From the NCBI GenBank assembly GCA_964057225.1, contig OZ059894.1, positions 22,444,001 through 22,508,000 on the forward strand: a stretch of DNA of 64,000 nt, written 5' to 3'. Each line of letters opens with the position of its first letter. Positions within the stretch are counted from its first letter, which is position 1. This stretch comes from Auanema rhodensis. Its lineage: Eukaryota > Animalia > Nematoda. The translations under genes and the position numbers were made by a program. Below the pieces are notes generated by a model, which saw nothing but the letters and a program-made list of their open reading frames with translations, did not search any database and was not told the DNA's origin. Below, piece after piece: positions 40,005 through 53,800 of the stretch.

Positions 40005-43000
40005 AGTGCATTCGATGCGGATTTTTAAGCTGCGTCGATCTGTGTTATCAGATTTGCGCTAGCTTAAAAATGCACCGAGATATCAACTGATATAAGTTCA
40101 CACTTATATCCTCGATTTTCACCCTGAAGAATTAATTTTTTCGTTGAATAACATTGTCCATCTTCTTTGCCTTGAAAAATGAAATCTAAAAACATCTACT
40201 TTTTGCTAAATTATTTTGAAATTTTTCGAAAAAATTTTTGTCAAAATGTTTTTGGAAGCATTGTTGAGTGTACATGGAAACTCAACATACACTAATGCAT
40301 CATTTTTCAAACGATCATAACTAATTTTTGTATCAAGCGTTTCTCAATGTAGTATAGTGCATTCGATGCGGATTTTTAAGCTGCGTCGATCTGTGTTATC
40401 AGATTTGCGCTAGCTTAAAAATGCACCGAGATATCAACTGATATAAGTTCACACTTATATCCTCGATTTTCACCCTGAAGGAATAATTTTTTCGTTGAAT
40501 AACATTGTCCATCGTCTTTGCCTTGAAAAAAGGAATCTAAAAACATCTACTTTTTGCTAAATTATTTTGAAATTTTTCGAAAAAATTTTTGTCAAAATGT
40601 TTTTGGAAGCATTGTTGAGTGTACATGGAAACTCAACATACACTAATGCATCATTTTTCAAACGATCATAACTAATTTTTGTATTAAGCGTTTCTCAATG
40701 TAGTATAGTGCATTCGATGCGGATTTTTAAGCTGCGTCGATCTCTGTTATCAGATTTGCGCTAGCTTAAAAATGCACCGAGATATCAACTGATATAAGTT
40801 CACACTTATATCCTCGATTTTCACCCTGAAGGAATAATTTTTTCGTTAAATAACATTGTCCATCGTCTTTGCCTTGAAAAAAGGAATCTAAAAACATCTA
40901 CTTTTTGCTAAATTATTTTGAAATTTTTCGAAAAAATTTTTGTCAAAATGTTTTTGGAAGCAATGTTGAGTGTACATGGAAACTCAACATACACTAATGC
41001 ATCATTTTTCAAACGATCATAACTAATTTTTGTATTAAGCGTTTCTCAATGTAGTATAGTGCATTCGATGCGGATTTTTAAGCTGCGTCGATCTGTGTTA
41101 TCAGATTTGCGCTAGCTTAAAAATGCACCGAGATATCAACTGATATAAGTTCACACTTATATCCTCGATTTTCACCCTGAAGAATTAATTTTTTCGTTGA
41201 ATAACATTGTCCATCGTCTTTGCCTTGAAAAATGAAATCTAAAAACATCTACTTTTTGCTAAATTATTTTGAAATTTTTCGAAAAAATTTTTGTCAAAAT
41301 GTTTTTGGAAGCATTGTTGAGTGTACATGGAAACTCAACATACACTAATGCATCATTTTTCAAAGGATCATAACTAATTTTTGTATTAAGCGTTTCTCAA
41401 TGTAGTATAGTGCATTCGATGCGGATTTTTAAGCTGCGTCGATCTGTGTTATCAGATTTGCGCTAGCTTAAAAATGCACCGAAATATCAACTGATATAAG
41501 TTCACACTTATATCCTCGATTTTCACCCTGAAGAATTAATTTTTTCGTTGAATAACATTGTCCATCGTCTTTGCCTTGAAAAATGAAATCTAAAAACATC
41601 TACTTTTTGCTAAATTATTTTGAAATTTTTCGAAAAATTTTTGTCAAAATGTTTTTGGAAGCATTGTTGAGTGTACATGGAAACTCAACATACACTAATG
41701 CATCATTTTTCAAACGATCATAACTAATTTTTGTATCAAGCGTTTCTCAATGTAGTTTAGTGCATTCGATGCGGATTTTTAAGCTGCGTCGATCTGTGTT
41801 ATCAGATTTGCGCTAGCTTAAAAATGCACCGAGATATCAACTGATATAAGTTCACACTTATATCCTCGATTTTCACCCTGAAGGAATAATTTTTTCGTTG
41901 AATAACATTGTCCATCGTCTTTGCCTTGAAAAAAGGAATCTAAAAACATCTACTTTTTGCTAAATTATTTTGAAATTTTTCGAAAAAATTTTTGTCAAAA
42001 TGTTTTTGGAAGCATTGTTGAGTGTACATGGAAACTCAACATACACTAATGCATCATTTTTCAAACGATCATAACTAATTTTTGTATTAAGCGTTTCTCA
42101 ATGTAGTATAGTGCATTCGATGCGGATTTTTAAGCTGCGTCGATCTCTGTTATCAGATTTGCGCTAGCTTAAAAATGCACCGAGATATCAACTGATATAA
42201 GTTCACACTTATATCCTCGATTTTCACCCTGAAGGAATAATTTTTTCGTTAAATAACATTGTCCATCGTCTTTGCCTTGAAAAAAGGAATCTAAAAACAT
42301 CTACTTTTTGCTAAATTATTTTGAAATTTTTCGAAAAAATTTTTGTCAAAATGTTTTTGGAAGCAATGTTGAGTGTACATGGAAACTCAACATACACTAA
42401 TGCATCATTTTTCAAACGATCATAACTAATTTTTGTATTAAGCGTTTCTCAATGTAGTATAGTGCATTCGATGCGGATTTTTAAGCTGCGTCGATCTGTG
42501 TTATCAGATTTGCGCTAGCTTAAAAATGCACCGAGATATCAACTGATATAAGTTCACACTTATATCCTCGATTTTCACCCTGAAGAATTAATTTTTTCGT
42601 TGAATAACATTGTCCATCGTCTTTGCCTTGAAAAATGAAATCTAAAAACATCTACTTTTTGCTAAATTATTTTGAAATTTTTCGAAAAAATTTTTGTCAA
42701 AATGTTTTTGGAAGCATTGTTGAGTGTACATGGAAACTCAACATACACTAATGCATCATTTTTCAAAGGATCATAACTAATTTTTGTATTAAGCGTTTCT
42801 CAATGTAGTATAGTGCATTCGATGCGGATTTTTAAGCTGCGTCGATCTGTGTTATCAGATTTGCGCTAGCTTAAAAATGCACCGAGATATCAACTGATAT
42901 AAGTTCACACTTATATCCTCGATTTTCACCCTGAAGAATTAATTTTTTCGTTGAATAACATTGTCCATCGTCTTTGCCTTGAAAAATGGAATCTAAAAAC

Positions 43001-43513
43001 ATCCACTTTTTGCTAAATTATTCTGAAATTTTTCGAAAAAAGTTTTGTCAAAATGTTTTTGGAAGCAATGTTGAGTGTACATGGAAACTCAACATACACT
43101 AATGCATCATTTTTCAAACGATCATAACTAATTTTTGTATCAAGCGTTTCTCAATGTAGTTTAGTGCATTCGATGCGGATTTTTAAGCTGCGTCGATCTG
43201 TGTTATCAGATTTGCGCTAGCTTAAAAATGCACCGAGATATCAACTGATATAAGTTCACACTTATATCCTCGATTTTCACCCTGAAGGAATAATTTTTTC
43301 GTTGAATAACATTGTCCATCGTCTTTGCCTTGAAAAAAGGAATCTAAAAACATCTACTTTTTGCTAAATTATTTTGAAATTTTTCGAAAAAATTTTTGTC
43401 AAAATGTTTTTGGAAGCATTGTTGAGTGTACATGGAAACTCAACATACACTAATGCATCATTTTTCAAACGATCATAACTAATTTTTGTATTAAGCGTTT
43501 CTCAATGTAGTAT

Positions 43514-46500
43514 AGTGCATTCGATGCGGATTTTTAAGCTGCGTCGATCTCTGTTATCAGATTTGCGCTAGCTTAAAAATGCACCGAGATATCAACTGAT
43601 ATAAGTTCACACTTATATCCTCGATTTTCACCCTGAAGGAATAATTTTTTCGTTAAATAACATTGTCCATCGTCTTTGCCTTGAAAAAAGGAATCTAAAA
43701 ACATCTACTTTTTGCTAAATTATTTTGAAATTTTTCGAAAAAATTTTTGTCAAAATGTTTTTGGAAGCAATGTTGAGTGTACATGGAAACTCAACATACA
43801 CTAATGCATCATTTTTCAAACGATCATAACTAATTTTTGTATTAAGCGTTTCTCAATGTAGTATAGTGCATTCGATGCGGATTTTTAAGCTGCGTCGATC
43901 TGTGTTATCAGATTTGCGCTAGCTTAAAAATGCACCGAGATATCAACTGATATAAGTTCACACTTATATCCTCGATTTTCACCCTGAAGGAATAATTTTT
44001 TCGTTGAATAACATTGTCCATCGTCTTTGCCTTGAAAAAAGGAATCTAAAAACATCTACTTTTTGCTAAATTATTTTGAAATTTTTCGAAAAAATTTTTG
44101 TCAAAATGTTTTTGGAAGCATTGTTGAGTGTACATGGAAACTCAACATACACTAATGCATCATTTTTCAAACGATCATAACTAATTTTTGTATTAAGCGT
44201 TTCTCAATGTAGTATAGTGCATTCGATGCGGATTTTTAAGCTGCGTCGATCTCTGTTATCAGATTTGCGCTAGCTTAAAAATGCACCGAGATATCAACTG
44301 ATATAAGTTCACACTTATATCCTCGATTTTCACCCTGAAGGAATAATTTTTTCGTTAAATAACATTGTCCATCGTCTTTGCCTTGAAAAAAGGAATCTAA
44401 AAACATCTACTTTTTGCTAAATTATTTTGAAATTTTTCGAAAAAATTTTTGTCAAAATGTTTTTGGAAGCAATGTTGAGTGTACATGGAAACTCAACATA
44501 CACTAATGCATCATTTTTCAAACGATCATAACTAATTTTTGTATTAAGCGTTTCTCAATGTAGTATAGTGCATTCGATGCGGATTTTTAAGCTGCGTCGA
44601 TCTGTGTTATCAGATTTGCGCTAGCTTAAAAATGCACCGAGATATCAACTGATATAAGTTCACACTTATATCCTCGATTTTCACCCTGAAGAATTAATTT
44701 TTTCGTTGAATAACATTGTCCATCGTCTTTGCCTTGAAAAATGAAATCTAAAAACATCTACTTTTTGCTAAATTATTTTGAAATTTTTCGAAAAAATTTT
44801 TGTCAAAATGTTTTTGGAAGCATTGTTGAGTGTACATGGAAACTCAACATACACTAATGCATCATTTTTCAAAGGATCATAACTAATTTTTGTATTAAGC
44901 GTTTCTCAATGTAGTATAGTGCATTCGATGCGGATTTTTAAGCTGCGTCGATCTGTGTTATCAGATTTGCGCTAGCTTAAAAATGCACCGAGATATCAAC
45001 TGATATAAGTTCACACTTATATCCTCGATTTTCACCCTGAAGAATTAATTTTTTCGTTGAATAACATTGTCCATCGTCTTTGCCTTGAAAAATGGAATCT
45101 AAAAACATCCACTTTTTGCTAAATTATTCTGAAATTTTTCGAAAAAAGTTTTGTCAAAATGTTTTTGGAAGCAATGTTGAGTGTACATGGAAACTCAACA
45201 TACACTAATGCATCATTTTTCAAACGATCATAACTAATTTTTGTATCAAGCGTTTCTCAATGTAGTTTAGTGCATTCGATGCGGATTTTTAAGCTGCGTC
45301 GATCTGTGTTATCAGATTTGCGCTAGCTTAAAAATGCACCGAGATATCAACTGATATAAGTTCACACTTATATCCTCGATTTTCACCCTGAAGGAATAAT
45401 TTTTTCGTTGAATAACATTGTCCATCGTCTTTGCCTTGAAAAATGGAATCTAAAAACATCTACTTTTTGCTAAATTATTTTGAAATTTTTCGAAAAAATT
45501 TTTGTCAAAATGTTTTTGGAAGCAATGTTGAGTGTACATGGAAACTCAACATACACTAATGCATCATTTTTCAAACGATCATAACTAATTTGTGTATTAA
45601 GCGTTTCTCAATGTAGTATAGTGCATTCGATGCGGATTTTTAAGCTGCGTCGATCTGTGTTATCAGATTTGCGCTAGCTTAAAAATGCACCGAGATATCA
45701 ACTGATATAAGTTCACACTTATATCCTCGATTTTCACCCTGAAGAATTAATTTTTTCGTTGAATAACATTGTCCATCGTCTTTGCCTTGAAAAATGGAAT
45801 TTAAAAACATCTACTTTTTGCTAAATTATTTTGAAATTTTTCGAAAAAATTTTTGTCAAAATGTTTTTGGAAGCATTGTTGAGTGTACATGGAAACTCAA
45901 CATACATTAATGCATCATTTTTCAAAGGATCATAACTAATTTTTGTATTAAGCGTTTCTCAATGTAATATAGTGCATTCGATGCGGATTTTTAAGCTGCG
46001 TCGATCTCTGTTATCAGATTTGCGCTAGCTTAAAAATGCACCGAGATATCAACTGATATAAGTTCACACTTATATCCTCGATTTTCACCCTGAAGGAATA
46101 ATTTTTTCGTTGAATAACATTGTCCATCGTCTTTGCCTTGAAAAAAGGAATCTAAAAACATCTACTTTTTGCTAAATTATTTTGAAATTTTTCGAAAAAA
46201 TTTTTGTCAAAATGTTTTTGGAAGCAATGTTGAGTGTACATGGAAACTCAACATACACTAATGCATCATTTTTCAAACGATCATAACTAATTTTTGTATT
46301 AAGCGTTTCTCAATGTAGTATGGTGCATTCGATGCGGATTTTTAAGCTGCGTCGATCTCTGTTATCAGATTTGCGCTAGCTTAAAAATGCACCGAGATAT
46401 CAACTGATATAAGTTCACACTTATATCCTCGATTTTCACCCTGAAGAATTAATTTTTTCGTTGAATAACATTGTCCATCGTCTTTGCCTTGAAAAATGGA

Positions 46501-49500
46501 ATCTAAAAACATCTACTTTTTGCTAAATTGATTTGAAATTTTTCGAAAAAATTTTTGTCAAAATGTTTTTGGAAGCAATGTTGAGTGTACATGGAAACTC
46601 AACATACACTAATGCATCATTTTTCAAACGATCATAACTAATTTTTGTATCAAGCGTTTCTCAATGTAGTTTAGTGCATTCGATGCGGATTTTTCAGCTG
46701 CGTCGATCTGTGTTATCAGATTTGCGCTAGCTAAAAAATGCACCGAGATATCAACTGATATAAGTTCACACTTATATCCTCGATTTTCACCCTGAAGGAA
46801 TATTTTTTTCGTTGAATAACATTGTCCATCGTCTTTGCCTTGAAAAAAGGAATCTAAAAACATCTACTTTTTGCTAAATTATTTTGAAATTTTTCGAAAA
46901 AACTTTTGTCAAAATGTTTTTGGAAGCATTGTTGAGTGTACATGGAAACTCAACATACACTAATGCATCATTTTTCAAACGATCATAACTAATTTTTGTA
47001 TTAAGCGTTTCTCAATGTAGTTTAGTGCATTCGATGCGGATTTTTAAGCTGCGTCGATCTCTGTTATCAGATTTGCGCTAGCTTAAAAATGCACCGAGAT
47101 ATCAACTGATATAAGTTCACACTTATATCCTCGATTTTCACCCTGAAGGAATAATTTTTTCGTTAAATAACATTGTCCATCGTCTTTGCCTTGAAAAAAG
47201 GAATCTAAAAACATCTACTTTTTGCTAAATTATTTTGAAATTTTTCGAAAAAATTTTTGTCAAAATGTTTTTGGAAGCAATGTTGAGTGTACATGGAAAC
47301 TCAACATACACTAATGCATCATTTTTCAAACGATCATAACTAATTTTTGTATTAAGCGTTTCTCAATGTAGTATAGTGCATTCGATGCGGATTTTTAAGC
47401 TGCGTCGATCTGTGTTATCAGATTTGCGCTAGCTTAAAAATGCACCGAGATATCAACTGATATAAGTTCACACTTATATCCTCGATTTTCACCCTGAAGG
47501 AATAATTTTTTCGTTGAATAACATTGTCCATCGTCTTTGCCTTGAAAAAAGGAATCTAAAAACATCTACTTTTTGCTAAATTATTTTGAAATTTTTCGAA
47601 AAAATTTTTGTCAAAATGTTTTTGGAAGCATTGTTGAGTGTACATGGAAACTCAACATACACTAATGCATCATTTTTCAAACGATCATAACTAATTTTTG
47701 TATTAAGCGTTTCTCAATGTAGTATAGTGCATTCGATGCGGATTTTTAAGCTGCGTCGATCTCTGTTATCAGATTTGCGCTAGCTTAAAAATGCACCGAG
47801 ATATCAACTGATATAAGTTCACACTTATATCCTCGATTTTCACCCTGAAGGAATAATTTTTTCGTTAAATAACATTGTCCATCGTCTTTGCCTTGAAAAA
47901 AGGAATCTAAAAACATCTACTTTTTGCTAAATTATTTTGAAATTTTTCGAAAAAATTTTTGTCAAAATGTTTTTGGAAGCAATGTTGAGTGTACATGGAA
48001 ACTCAACATACACTAATGCATCATTTTTCAAACGATCATAACTAATTTTTGTATTAAGCGTTTCTCAATGTAGTATAGTGCATTCGATGCGGATTTTTAA
48101 GCTGCGTCGATCTGTGTTATCAGATTTGCGCTAGCTTAAAAATGCACCGAGATATCAACTGATATAAGTTCACACTTATATCCTCGATTTTCACCCTGAA
48201 GAATTAATTTTTTCGTTGAATAACATTGTCCATCGTCTTTGCCTTGAAAAATGAAATCTAAAAACATCTACTTTTTGCTAAATTATTTTGAAATTTTTCG
48301 AAAAAATTTTTGTCAAAATGTTTTTGGAAGCATTGTTGAGTGTACATGGAAACTCAACATACACTAATGCATCATTTTTCAAAGGATCATAACTAATTTT
48401 TGTATTAAGCGTTTCTCAATGTAGTATAGTGCATTCGATGCGGATTTTTAAGCTGCGTCGATCTGTGTTATCAGATTTGCGCTAGCTTAAAAATGCACCG
48501 AGATATCAACTGATATAAGTTCACACTTATATCCTCGATTTTCACCCTGAAGAATTAATTTTTTCGTTGAATAACATTGTCCATCGTCTTTGCCTTGAAA
48601 AATGGAATCTAAAAACATCCACTTTTTGCTAAATTATTCTGAAATTTTTCGAAAAAAGTTTTGTCAAAATGTTTTTGGAAGCAATGTTGAGTGTACATGG
48701 AAACTCAACATACACTAATGCATCATTTTTCAAACGATCATAACTAATTTTTGTATCAAGCGTTTCTCAATGTAGTTTAGTGCATTCGATGCGGATTTTT
48801 AAGCTGCGTCGATCTGTGTTATCAGATTTGCGCTAGCTTAAAAATGCACCGAGATATCAACTGATATAAGTTCACACTTATATCCTCGATTTTCACCCTG
48901 AAGGAATAATTTTTTCGTTGAATAACATTGTCCATCGTCTTTGCCTTGAAAAATGGAATCTAAAAACATCTACTTTTTGCTAAATTATTTTGAAATTTTT
49001 CGAAAAAATTTTTGTCAAAATGTTTTTGGAAGCAATGTTGAGTGTACATGGAAACTCAACATACACTAATGCATCATTTTTCAAACGATCATAACTAATT
49101 TTTGTATTAAGCGTTTCTCAATGTAGTATAGTGCATTCGATGCGGATTTTTAAGCTGCGTCGATCTGTGTTATCAGATTTGCGCTAGCTTAAAAATGCAC
49201 CGAGATATCAACTGATATAAGTTCACACTTATATCCTCGATTTTCACCCTGAAGAATTAATTTTTTCGTTGAATAACATTGTCCATCGTCTTTGCCTTGA
49301 AAAATGGAATTTAAAAACATCTACTTTTTGCTAAATTATTTTGAAATTTTTCGAAAAAATTTTTGTCAAAATGTTTTTGGAAGCATTGTTGAGTGTACAT
49401 GGAAACTCAACATACATTAATGCATCATTTTTCAAAGGATCATAACTAATTTTTGTATTAAGCGTTTCTCAATGTAATATAGTGCATTCGATGCGGATTT

Positions 49501-50533
49501 TTAAGCTGCGTCGATCTCTGTTATCAGATTTGCGCTAGCTTAAAAATGCACCGAGATATCAACTGATATAAGTTCACACTTATATCCTCGATTTTCACCC
49601 TGAAGGAATAATTTTTTCGTTGAATAACATTGTCCATCGTCTTTGCCTTGAAAAAAGGAATCTAAAAACATCTACTTTTTGCTAAATTATTTTGAAATTT
49701 TTCGAAAAAATTTTTGTCAAAATGTTTTTGGAAGCAATGTTGAGTGTACATGGAAACTCAACATACACTAATGCATCATTTTTCAAACGATCATAACTAA
49801 TTTTTGTATTAAGCGTTTCTCAATGTAGTATGGTGCATTCGATGCGGATTTTTAAGCTGCGTCGATCTCTGTTATCAGATTTGCGCTAGCTTAAAAATGC
49901 ACCGAGATATCAACTGATATAAGTTCACACTTATATCCTCGATTTTCACCCTGAAGAATTAATTTTTTCGTTGAATAACATTGTCCATCGTCTTTGCCTT
50001 GAAAAATGGAATCTAAAAACATCTACTTTTCGCTAAATTGATTTGAAATTTTTCGAAAAAATTTTTGTCAAAATGTTTTTGGAAGCAATGTTGAGTGTAC
50101 ATGGAAACTCAACATACACTAATGCATCATTTTTCAAACGATCATAACTAATTTTTGTATCAAGCGTTTCTCAATGTAGTTTAGTGCATTCGATGCGGAT
50201 TTTTCAGCTGCGTCGATCTGTGTTATCAGATTTGCGCTAGCTAAAAAATGCACCGAGATATCAACTGATATAAGTTCACACTTATATCCTCGATTTTCAC
50301 CCTGAAGGAATAATTTTTTCGTTGAATAACATTGTCCATCGTCTTTGCCTTGAAAAAAGGAATCTAAAAACATCTACTTTTTGCTAAATTATTTTGAAAT
50401 TTTTCGAAAAAACTTTTGTCAAAATGTTTTTGGAAGCATTGTTGAGTGTACATGGAAACTCAACATACACTAATGCATCATTTTTCAAACGATCATAACT
50501 AATTTTTGTATTAAGCGTTTCTCAATGTAGTAT
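43514..50533. repeat. Two-copy 10-monomer (3510-bp) tandem duplication within domain D (~40005-50884)
   Basis: Rare markers recur at +3510: CATCCAC/ATTCTG/AAAGTTTT (monomers 44918, 48428), GAATTTAAA and TGTAATAT (45620, 49130), TGGTGC and ATTGATTT (46322, 49832), and the ORFs at 46624 and 50134. Confidence 0.92.
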
Positions 50534-50884
50534 AGTGCATTCGATGCGGATTTTTAAGCTGCGTCGATCTCTGTTATCAGATTTGCGCTAGCTTAAAAAT
50601 GCACCGAGATATCAACTGATATAAGTTCACACTTATATCCTCGATTTTCACCCTGAAGGAATAATTTTTTCGTTGAATAACATTGTCCATCGTCTTTGCT
50701 TTGAAAAAAGGAATCTAAAAACATCTACTTTTTGCTAAATTATTTTGAAATTTTTCGAAAAAATTTTTGTCAAAATGTTTTTGGAAGCAATGTTGAGTGT
50801 ACATGGAAACTCAACATACACTAATGCATCATTTTTCAAACGATCATAACTAATTTTTGTATTAAGCGTTTCTCAATGTAGTAT

Positions 50885-53800
50885 AGTGCATTCGATGCGG
50901 ATTTTTAAGCTGCGTCGATCTCTGTTATCAGATTTGCGCTAGCTTAAAAATGCACCGAGATATCAACTGATATAAGTTCACACTTATATCCTCGATTTTC
51001 ACCCTGAAGAATTAATTTTTTCGTTGAATAACATTGTCCATCGTCTTTGCCTTGAATAAAGGAATCTAAAAACATCTACTTTTTGCTAAATTATTTTGAA
51101 ATTTTTCGAAAAAATTTTTGTCAAAATGTTTTTGGAAGCAATGTTGAGTGTACATGGAAACTCAACATACACTAATGCATCATTTTTCAAACGATCATAA
51201 CTAATTTTTGTGTTAAGCGTTTCTCAATGTAGTATAGTGCATTCGATGCGGATTTTTAAGCTGCGTCGATCTGTGTTATCAGATTTGCGCTAGCTTAAAA
51301 ATGCACCGAGATATCAACTGATATAAGTTCACACTTATATCCTCGATTTTGACCCTGAAGGAATAATTTTTTTGTTGAATAACATTGTCCATCGTCTTTG
51401 CCTTGAAAAAAGGAATCTAAAAACATCTACTTTTTGCTAAATTATTTTGAAATTTTTCGAAAAAATTTTTGTCAAAATGTTTTTGGAAGCATTGTTGAGT
51501 GTACATGGAAACTCAACATACACTAATGCATCATTTTTCAAACGATCATAACTAATTTTTGTATTAAGCGTTTCTCAATGTAGTATAGTGCATTCGATGC
51601 GGATTTTTAAGCTGCGTCGATCTCTGTTATCAGATTTGCGCTAGCTTAAAAATGCACCGAGATATCAACTGATATAAGTTCACACTTATATCCTCGATTT
51701 TCACCCTGAAGGAATAATTTTTTCGTTGAATAACATTGTCCATCGTCTTTGCCTTGAAAAAAGGAATCTAAAAACATCTACTTTTTGCTAAATTATTTTG
51801 AAATTTTTCGAAAAAATTTTTGTCAAAATGTTTTTGGAAGCATTGTTGAGTGTACATGGAAACTCAACATACACTAATGCATCATTTTTCAAACGATCAT
51901 TACTAATTTTTGTATCAAGCGTTTCTCAATGTAGTTTAGTGCATTCGATGCGGATTTTTAAGCTGCGTCGATCTGTGTTATCAGATTTGCGCTAGCTTAA
52001 AAATGCACCGAGATATCAACTGATATAAGTTCACACTTATATCCTCGATTTTCACCCTGAAGGAATAATTTTTTCGTTGAATAACATTGTCCATCGTCTT
52101 TGCCTTGAAAAAAGTAATCTAAAAACATCTACTTTTTGCTAAATTATTTTGAAATTTTTCGAAAAAATTTTTGTCAAAATGTTTTTGGAAGCATTGTTGA
52201 GTGTACATGGAAACTCAACATACACTAATGCATCATTTTTCAAACGATCATTACTAATTTTTGTATTAAGCGTTTCTCAATGTAGTTTAGTGCATTCGAT
52301 GCGGATTTTTAAGCTGCGTCGATCTGTGTTATCAGATTTGCGCTAGCTTAAAAATGCACCGAGATATCAACTGATATAAGTTCACACTTATATCCTCGAT
52401 TTTCACCCTGAAGGAATGATTTTTTCGTTGAATAACATTGTCCATCGTCTTTGCCTTGAAAAAAGGAATCTAAAAACATCTACTTTTTGCTAAATTATTT
52501 TGAAATTTTTCGAAAAAATTTTTGTCAAAATGTTTTTGGAAGCAATGTTGAGTGTACATGGAAACTCAACATACACTAATGCATCATTTTTCAAACGATC
52601 ATAACTAATTTTTGTATTAAGCGTTTCTCAATGTAGTATAGTGCATTCGATGCGGATTTTTAAGCTGCGTCGATCTGTGTTATCAGATTTGCGCTAGCTT
52701 AAAAATGCACCGAGATATCAACTGATATAAGTTCACACTTATATCCTCGATTTTCACCCTGAAGAATTAATTTTTTCGTTGAATAACATTGTCCATCGTC
52801 TTTGCCTTGAAAAATGAAATCTAAAAACATCTACTTTTTGCTAAATTATTTTGAAATTTTTCGAAAAAATTTTTGTCAAAATGTTTTTGGAAGCATTGTT
52901 GAGTGTACATGGAAACTCAACATACACTAATGCATCATTTTTCAAACGATCATAACTAATTTTTGTATCAAGCGTTTCTCAATGTAGTTTAGTGCATTCG
53001 ATGCGGATTTTTAAGCTGCGTCGATCTGTGTTATCAGATTTGCGCTAGCTTAAAAATGCACCGAGATATCAACTGATATAAGTTCACACTTATATCCTCG
53101 ATTTTCACCCTGAAGAATTAATTTTTTCGTTGAATAACATTGTCCATCGTCTTTGCCTTGAAAAATGAAATCTAAAAACATCTACTTTTTGCTAAATTAT
53201 TTTGAAATTTTTCGAAAAAATTTTTGTCAAAATGTTTTTGGAAGCATTGTTGAGTGTACATGGAAACTCAACATACACTAATGCATCATTTTTCAAACGA
53301 TCATAACTAATTTTTGTATCAAGCGTTTCTCAATGTAGTTTAGTGCATTCGATGCGGATTTTTAAGCTGCGTCGATCTGTGTTATCAGATTTGCGCTAGC
53401 TTAAAAATGCACCGAGATATCAACTGATATAAGTTCACACTTATATCCTCGATTTTCACCCTGAAGAATTAATTTTTTCGTTGAATAACATTGTCCATCG
53501 TCTTTGCCTTGAAAAAAGGAATCTAAAAACATCTACTTTTTGCTAAATTATTTTGAAATTTTTCGAAAAAATTTTTGTCAAAATGTTTTTGGAAGCAATG
53601 TTGAGTGTACATGGAAACTCAACATACACTAATGCATCATTTTTCAAACGATCATAACTAATTTTTGTATTAAGCGTTTCTCAATGTAGTATAGTGCATT
53701 CGATGCGGATTTTTAAGCTGCGTCGATCTGTGTTATCAGATTTGCGCTAGCTTAAAAATGCACCGAGATATCAACTGATATAAGTTCACACTTATATCCT

